Below the pieces are notes generated by a model. It made no database searches. It was given only the letters and a program-made list of their open reading frames with translations, and was not told where the DNA came from. A DNA stretch of 4,324 nucleotides from a virus (lineage: Duplodnaviria > Heunggongvirae > Uroviricota > Caudoviricetes): IMG/VR virus record IMGVR_UViG_2778261506_000003, one strand, 5' to 3'. Made by a program: the position numbers and the translations under genes. This document shows, piece by piece, positions 1 to 4,324 of the stretch; the stretch's first letter is position 1; each line of letters starts with the position of its first letter.

Positions 1-869
1 CGTTTCCCCATGCCGTAGCGCGGATGGGTCAGCATATCCCACAGACACCAGGCCATGTTGTTGCTGTATGCCGGTTTAAACGTTCCGTCCCAGATACCGC
101 TGTATTGCCGCGTCTGCGGGTTATAATTCGACGGCACCTGCAGAATACGCCCGCGCAGATGATAATTACGGCTCACCTGCTGGCTGCCGAACTGCTCCGA
201 GTCCACCTGCACGCCGAACAGTGCCGTGTTCGGGTAGCACTGTTTCACATCGATAATTTCGGTGTATGACGACCAGAGCGTTTTGTTCTGCAGCTGGTCT
301 GTGGTGCTGTCCGGCGTCATCCTGCGCATCCGGATATTAAACGGGCGCGGCGGCAGGTTATCCACCACCACCGAGGCCAGATACTGTGAGGTGGTTTTGC
401 CCTTAATGGTGATGTCTTTTTCCGTCACCCAGCCACCGTTACGTTGTATCTGAACCAGCAGGCGGACTTCCGATGGATTCCTGTCCCCCTTTGAGGTGGT
501 TTCCACCAGTGCCTGCACGCCGAAAGTAAAACGCAGACGGTCAATGTTTGCCGACGTGATGGTCCGGGTGATCGGCGTGTCATATTTCACTTCTGTACCG
601 AGCACCGTCTCGGAGCCGGAGGATTCAAATCCCTCCGGCGGTGTCTGCTCCTGCTCACCGGCCCGGAACACCACCGTGACGCCGGATATATTGGTATTCC
701 CCTCACTGTCCAGCACCGGCGTACTGTTCAGCAGCACGCTTTTTAATCCATCCACCGGACCTTCAACCGGCCCTTCGCTGATGGCATCGATCACACTCAG
801 CAACTGCGTGGACTTCAGGTTGTCCTTCGCTTCGCGCGGAGTATGCCCCTTACTGCTGCCTTTACCCAT
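1..869 (-). CDS. J: Tail tip / host-specificity protein J (central tail fibre), N-terminal 289 codons; 3' end lies beyond the window start
   Basis: Minus-strand ATG at 869-867 opens a frame that runs to position 1 with no stop. The translation begins MGKGSSKGHTPREAKDNLKSTQLLSVIDAISEGP and ends in the window with ...NNMAWCLWDMLTHPRYGMGKR, matching my recollection of lambda gpJ. GGAG sits 8 nt upstream of the ATG. The ORF track omits it because it has no in-window stop. Confidence 0.93.
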   Translation of the reverse strand, partial: MGKGSSKGHTPREAKDNLKSTQLLSVIDAISEGPVEGPVDGLKSVLLNSTPVLDSEGNTNISGVTVVFRAGEQEQTPPEGFESSGSETVLGTEVKYDTPITRTITSANIDRLRFTFGVQALVETTSKGDRNPSEVRLLVQIQRNGGWVTEKDITIKGKTTSQYLASVVVDNLPPRPFNIRMRRMTPDSTTDQLQNKTLWSSYTEIIDVKQCYPNTALFGVQVDSEQFGSQQVSRNYHLRGRILQVPSNYNPQTRQYSGIWDGTFKPAYSNNMAWCLWDMLTHPRYGMGK

Positions 870-877
870 TCCTCACG

Positions 878-881
878 CTCC
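878..881 (-). promoter_or_regulatory. Shine-Dalgarno (GGAG) for J
   Basis: Minus-strand sequence reads ...tatGGAGcgtgaggaATGGGTAAA; GGAG has an 8-nt spacer to the J ATG at 869. Confidence 0.4.
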
Positions 882-891
882 ATAAACGACA

Positions 892-911
892 AAACCGCCC
901 GGAGGCGGTTT
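892..911 (-). terminator. I-J intergenic stem-loop followed by a U-rich tract (possible weak intrinsic terminator or attenuator)
   Basis: Inverted repeat aaaccgcc (892-899) / ggcggttt (904-911) with a 4-nt loop. On the minus-strand RNA this is AAACCGCC-UCCG-GGCGGUUU followed by UGUCGUUUAU, lying between the I stop (930-932) and the J start (869). Confidence 0.25.
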
Positions 912-929
912 CACATAAAACGTTTTTCA

Positions 930-1577
930 TCAGCGACCAATCACCACAACCTGACCACCATCCCCTTCGTCTGCCGTGCTGATCTCCTGAGAGACCACCC
1001 GCGACCCCACGCGCATTTCACCGTACAGAACGGGCAGAACATTGCCCTGGGCAACCATGTTATCCAGTGACGAGAAATAGGTGTTCTGTTTGCCGTTATC
1101 TGTACTGGCTGCCGTGGGCGTCCTGGCTTTCGGTGCCAGCATCTGCGCCACACCGCCCAGGATCATACTGGCCCCTGCCGCATACATACCCGATACAGCC
1201 GTGGCCCCCAGCCAGCCCACAGGGTTCCACCATGCAACCGCAATCAGCGCCGCCCCCAGCACTGCCTGAAAAATACCGCCACTTTTAGCACCCGCCGGAC
1301 GCGGTACGATGTGGATCACGGCACCATTTTCCAGCGGCTCATTAAGACGGGCAGACAATTCAGTTTCACCTGCATCACGCCCGGCAATGCGTACCTGGTA
1401 CCAGCCGTCGCTCAGTTTCTGACGAAATGCCGGGATCTGCATGGCCAGCGCCCGGATGGCTTCGGACCCCGTTTTCACTCGAAGGTCGCTGCGGCGGCTA
1501 AATCGTTGTAAATCCCCGTAAAGGCAGATGCGTGCCATGCCCGGTGACGCCAGAGGGAGTGTGTGCGTCGCTGCCAT
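930..1577 (-). CDS. I: Tail tip assembly protein I (gpI-like; N-terminal ubiquitin-like domain ending in Gly-Gly, then a hydrophobic segment)
   Basis: 215-aa ORF starting MAATHTLPLASPGMARICLYGDLQRF, as I recall for lambda gpI. The ...AKSGG motif at about residue 100 is followed by a hydrophobic stretch (IFQAVLGAALIAVAWW). Its 5' end overlaps the 3' end of K by 103 nt (1475-1577), the same overlap lambda has. Sits between K and J. Confidence 0.9.
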   Translation of the reverse strand: MAATHTLPLASPGMARICLYGDLQRFSRRSDLRVKTGSEAIRALAMQIPAFRQKLSDGWYQVRIAGRDAGETELSARLNEPLENGAVIHIVPRPAGAKSGGIFQAVLGAALIAVAWWNPVGWLGATAVSGMYAAGASMILGGVAQMLAPKARTPTAASTDNGKQNTYFSSLDNMVAQGNVLPVLYGEMRVGSRVVSQEISTADEGDGGQVVVIGR

Positions 1578-2218
1578 TTGTCGGTGTACCTCTCTCGTTT
1601 GCTCAGTTGTTCAGGAATATGGTGCAGCAGCTCGCTGTCACCACAGTAAATGGCGGCATGATTCGGCACCGATGAACCAAAACAGCACAGCAGCACATCG
1701 CCCGGCTGCGCCGCTGACAACGGCACCTGATACAGCCCTGTGGCCTCCAGATTATCCAGATAGAGATTCTGACCGTGACGCCACCAGTTATCCCCGCGAT
1801 GAAAATCCGGCATCTCAATTCCCGCCAGATGGTAAGCGTCCCGGAACAGCGTGTAACAGTCCGTCACCCCGTGCTCAAAGCGCCGCCCGGTGAGATGCGG
1901 CACACAGCGGAATTTATGAATCGCCCCCCGGCAGACCAGCCACCACGGCAAATCACTCTGTACCTGCAGCCGCCGGTCGGCCTCACTCAGCCAGGGCAGA
2001 CCACCGGGGTGGCTGTGGACCAGCGCCACAATCTCTCCCTGCATTTCTGCACTCAGCCAGTCCTCCGGCGACATACGGAAATACGCCTCCGGCTCACCGG
2101 AGATATTCACGCAGGGAAAATATCTTTCCTCCTCCGGCGTTCTCACCACGAAGCCGCACGACTCCGCTGGCGCACATCGCCGGGCGTGCGCCAGAATCGC
2201 TGATTCTGTCTCTGTCAT
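1475..2218 (-). CDS. K: Tail tip assembly protein K (gpK-like; JAB/MPN metallopeptidase domain plus NlpC/P60 cysteine-peptidase domain)
   Basis: 247-aa ORF from the ATG at 2218, which lies 5 nt after the L stop. JAMM motif HSHPGGLPWLSEAD (H-x-H-x7-S-x2-D) with an upstream Glu in AESCGFV. NlpC/P60-like Cys/His residues in the C-terminal half (VTDCYTLF, PNHAAIY, LLHHIP). An alternative internal start (ATG at 2074, preceded by GGAGG with an 11-nt spacer) would give the 199-aa form annotated for lambda. Confidence 0.9.
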   Translation of the reverse strand: MTETESAILAHARRCAPAESCGFVVRTPEEERYFPCVNISGEPEAYFRMSPEDWLSAEMQGEIVALVHSHPGGLPWLSEADRRLQVQSDLPWWLVCRGAIHKFRCVPHLTGRRFEHGVTDCYTLFRDAYHLAGIEMPDFHRGDNWWRHGQNLYLDNLEATGLYQVPLSAAQPGDVLLCCFGSSVPNHAAIYCGDSELLHHIPEQLSKRERYTDKWQRRTHSLWRHRAWHASAFTGIYNDLAAAATFE

Positions 2219-2223
2219 GGGAT

Positions 2224-2922
2224 TTACTGCGAAAGTTTGTTAATGGAAAGGAAGCTGCCAAAGTTGCCGACATTATTGCGAAACTTACAGCCACTCAGGC
2301 ATTTGCTGCATTTATCCTTCGTGATATCGGACGTCGGCTGGTCATATTCATCCGCGACCGCCGGACCGCTATAACCGCACTCATCGCCGCGATAGGTCCA
2401 GGTGCAGGTGTTGGCCAGCATGATACGTCCCGGAAAAACAGCGCCATCCGTTTCAGTCGGCGTGGACAGTACAAAAGAGGCACTGACCGCGCTCAGTTCG
2501 CTGCACTGCTCGATGCGCCAGCGGCTGATCACCTCCTGCTCCGGATCGGCTTCGCTGTTTCCGTTGACGAAGTTCACCGCATCCAGAAAGCGGGCGTAAA
2601 CCTTACGCCGGACCACCGTTCCGCCGACCAGACTCTGCAGATCTTCCGCCATCCCGGTGATCATGCCGTGCAGGTTAGAGACCGTCAGTGTCGGACGGGC
2701 AGCACTGCCCTTGCCGTTCATCTCAAATCCACTCCCCTGAATGGGATAGGCCTGATACTGCCGACTCTGCCAGGTGACAGACTCACCTTTTTCGTTCTGC
2801 TCATTACAGAAAAAGTAGCGATCCCCGCCTACCTCGGTCAGGTCGATTTCCCAGAGCACCACGCTGGCCGACTGCTCCGCACGAATGCATTCATTCAGCG
2901 TTTCCTGTTGTATGTCCTGCAT
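2224..2922 (-). CDS. L: Tail tip protein L (gpL-like; C-terminal cysteine cluster)
   Basis: 232-aa ORF, the same length as lambda gpL and with an N-terminus (MQDIQQETLNEC...) that I recall as lambda-like. Five Cys in the last ~60 residues (CTWTYRGDECGYSG...KCSKCLSGCKF). Its start overlaps the M stop by 1 nt (TGATG at 2920-2924). Confidence 0.9.
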   Translation of the reverse strand: MQDIQQETLNECIRAEQSASVVLWEIDLTEVGGDRYFFCNEQNEKGESVTWQSRQYQAYPIQGSGFEMNGKGSAARPTLTVSNLHGMITGMAEDLQSLVGGTVVRRKVYARFLDAVNFVNGNSEADPEQEVISRWRIEQCSELSAVSASFVLSTPTETDGAVFPGRIMLANTCTWTYRGDECGYSGPAVADEYDQPTSDITKDKCSKCLSGCKFRNNVGNFGSFLSINKLSQ

Positions 2923-3218
2923 CAGATCACCACTTCGTCAAACTGACACGAAAAATCGGTATAGGTGATATGTTCTGTCGCTGACCACGTTCGACACACC
3001 ACTCTGATTTTTCTGTTAATACCCGGCGGGCGCCAAAAAAAAGATTTATAGCCTTCATGCCGGGCTAAAAATTTTTCAAATGAATCACGTTCATTCGCCT
3101 CAACTTTGAAATCACAGGTGAAAACGCGCAGAGAATGATTAAGTCCATTTGGACTTCGTTGCTCATAACCATCGCCAAATCTTACAGTTTTTATCGATGG
3201 TTTATTTTCTGTTTTCAT
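2922..3218 (-). CDS. M: Tail tip protein M (gpM-like, divergent from lambda M)
   Basis: ORF ending at 2922. Preferred start is the ATG at 3218 (MKTENKPSIKTVRFGDGY..., 98 aa), preceded by GAGGA with a 4-nt spacer; the track's longer ORF begins at a GTG at 3260. The VRFGDGY motif and length resemble lambda M (109 aa) as I recall it. Lies between H and L. GC is low (about 40%) compared with L-K-I-J. Confidence 0.8.
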   Translation of the reverse strand: MKTENKPSIKTVRFGDGYEQRSPNGLNHSLRVFTCDFKVEANERDSFEKFLARHEGYKSFFWRPPGINRKIRVVCRTWSATEHITYTDFSCQFDEVVI

Positions 3219-3252
3219 TCCATCCTCTGGTAACCAGTGAAATTCTTCCGTA

Positions 3253-4073
3253 TTAGCCACTTAACATTCCCCCATCACGTCGCATATTTAACAGATTGCC
3301 CTGCACCCGCTGATCAACCATCCCCATAAGTGCTTTTATTGCCTGAGGGCCAATCTCTCCATTCTGGCCGTCATTTTGAATAGTGATTTGGTATACAGGG
3401 GCATAGGTAATATCTCCGCCTCCATTACCACTTTTACTATTAATAGCTCTGACACCAAGAGAACCATCGGAAGTTCGTGTTAATGGCATAATGGCTTCCG
3501 GACCAGCCTCACCAAAAACACCAGCCCCTCTTGCAAAAGCAAAAAATTGCGGGGAATCATAAATACCGTTCGAATACGTGTTCAATGACGGAGACTCATA
3601 AACACCGCCCTTTGCATTCGGAATAAATTTACTAATAGCACTCCCGATAGTTCCTAAAATCCCCCCAGAAGAACTGTTACTAATGCTGTCGAAAATCCCA
3701 GTAATTGAAGCCTTTAATGCTATTCGACTAAGATCCGAAATCACGGAAGTAGCGAAAGAACGAAAATTTGCCTTGCCTGTCGTGACAAAATCACCCAGCG
3801 CATCGGTCATTCCATCAAACATCTGAGTCGTGGTTGATTTTATCTGCTCACTGATATCCTTAGTGTCATCCAGCCAGTTATTGAATCCCTGGGAGGCACC
3901 ACTAACCCAGTCTCCTGCCTGAATATCGAGCTGCTCGTTTTTCTGTCTGACAATTTCTTTTTCTCGTTCCAGAGCATCATTCAGAGCCTGCATTTTCTCC
4001 TGAAAAACATGATTTGACATCCCACGGGATTTATCTGCATAGTCACGTTCAAGTTGCAGACGCTGATTGTTAT
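3253..4073 (-). pseudogene. H: Tail tape-measure protein gene (H-like), C-terminal ~270 codons only; the 5' part is separated by an IS5-family insertion
   Basis: Open frame ending at stop 3253-3255, 34 nt upstream of the M start. Low-complexity, Gly/Ser/Ala-rich C-terminal region typical of siphovirus tape-measure proteins (...NAKGGVYESPSLNTYSNGIYDSPQFFAFARGAGVFGEAGPEAIMPLTRT...), with an upstream coiled-coil-like segment (QEKMQALNDALEREKEIVRQKNEQL). The frame continues 5' into IS-derived sequence at 4074, so the track's 328-aa ORF is chimeric. Confidence 0.7.
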
Positions 4074-4089
4074 GGAAGGTGCGAATAAG
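4074..4089. repeat. IS5-type terminal inverted repeat (IRR)
   Basis: 16-bp GGAAGGTGCGAATAAG at the junction with tape-measure sequence. The flanking tetranucleotide 4070-4073 is TTAT. Confidence 0.7.
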
Positions 4090-4220
4090 CAGGTCATTTC
4101 TTCCCAAGCTGACTCGTTGATTAAAATTTCGCGGATCTGGGCCGATTTTTTTCCCGCAAACACATCGAATCAGCCTATTTAGGCTATTTTTTCCACCATT
4201 TCTGGCGTTATTTCCGGTTT

Positions 4221-4324
<104 letters not shown>

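Noticed and set aside
24-2946. Plus-strand ORFs (24-269, 262-453, 496-885, 843-1070, 1067-1288, 1081-1269, 1311-1511, 1528-1893, 1775-2203, 2402-2599, 2668-2946)
   Set aside because: All lie antisense to well-supported minus-strand tail genes. Their translations are Arg/Pro/Ser-rich with no recognisable motifs, as expected for the reverse strand of GC-rich coding DNA.
3035-3042. A8/T8 homopolymer inside M (a potential slippage site)
   Set aside because: It is read in frame as Ser-Phe-Phe-Trp, with no shifted ORF continuing from it, so there is no evidence of a programmed or mutational frameshift.
941-4163. Minus-strand alternative-frame ORFs (941-1153, 1603-1818, 2094-2294, 2295-2483, 3981-4163)
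   Set aside because: Each is nested out of frame inside I, K, L or the H/IS region, and the translations are low-complexity or Cys/Arg-rich with no recognisable domain.
4172-4192. Small hairpin (agcct-attt-aggct) followed by a T6 run on the plus strand
   Set aside because: The stem is only 5 bp and it lies inside the IS terminal region, so it is more likely part of the IS end than a terminator for a host or phage gene.

Overview
This window is the tail-tip end of a lambda-like (lambdoid) prophage, most likely in Escherichia/Shigella, with every real gene on the minus strand. Reading 5'->3' on that strand: the 3' end of an IS5-family insertion sequence (4074-4324: terminal inverted repeat plus the last 33 codons of an InsH-like transposase), then the C-terminal part of a tail tape-measure gene (H-like) truncated at the IS junction, then M, L, K, I and the first 289 codons of J. 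The J N-terminus matches phage lambda gpJ as I recall it, and I, K and L are close lambda homologues; M and the H fragment are divergent and markedly more AT-rich, so there is a mosaic joint at the L/M boundary. The 328-aa ORF in the supplied track (3253-4239) is a chimera of IS-derived and tape-measure sequence, not a gene. All plus-strand ORFs are antisense artefacts. I see no CRISPR array, tRNA/rRNA or toxin/defence module, and no support for an undescribed system: the most notable thing is the IS disruption of the tape-measure gene, which probably leaves the prophage tail-defective. All homology statements rest on recalled protein sequences and motifs, not database searches.
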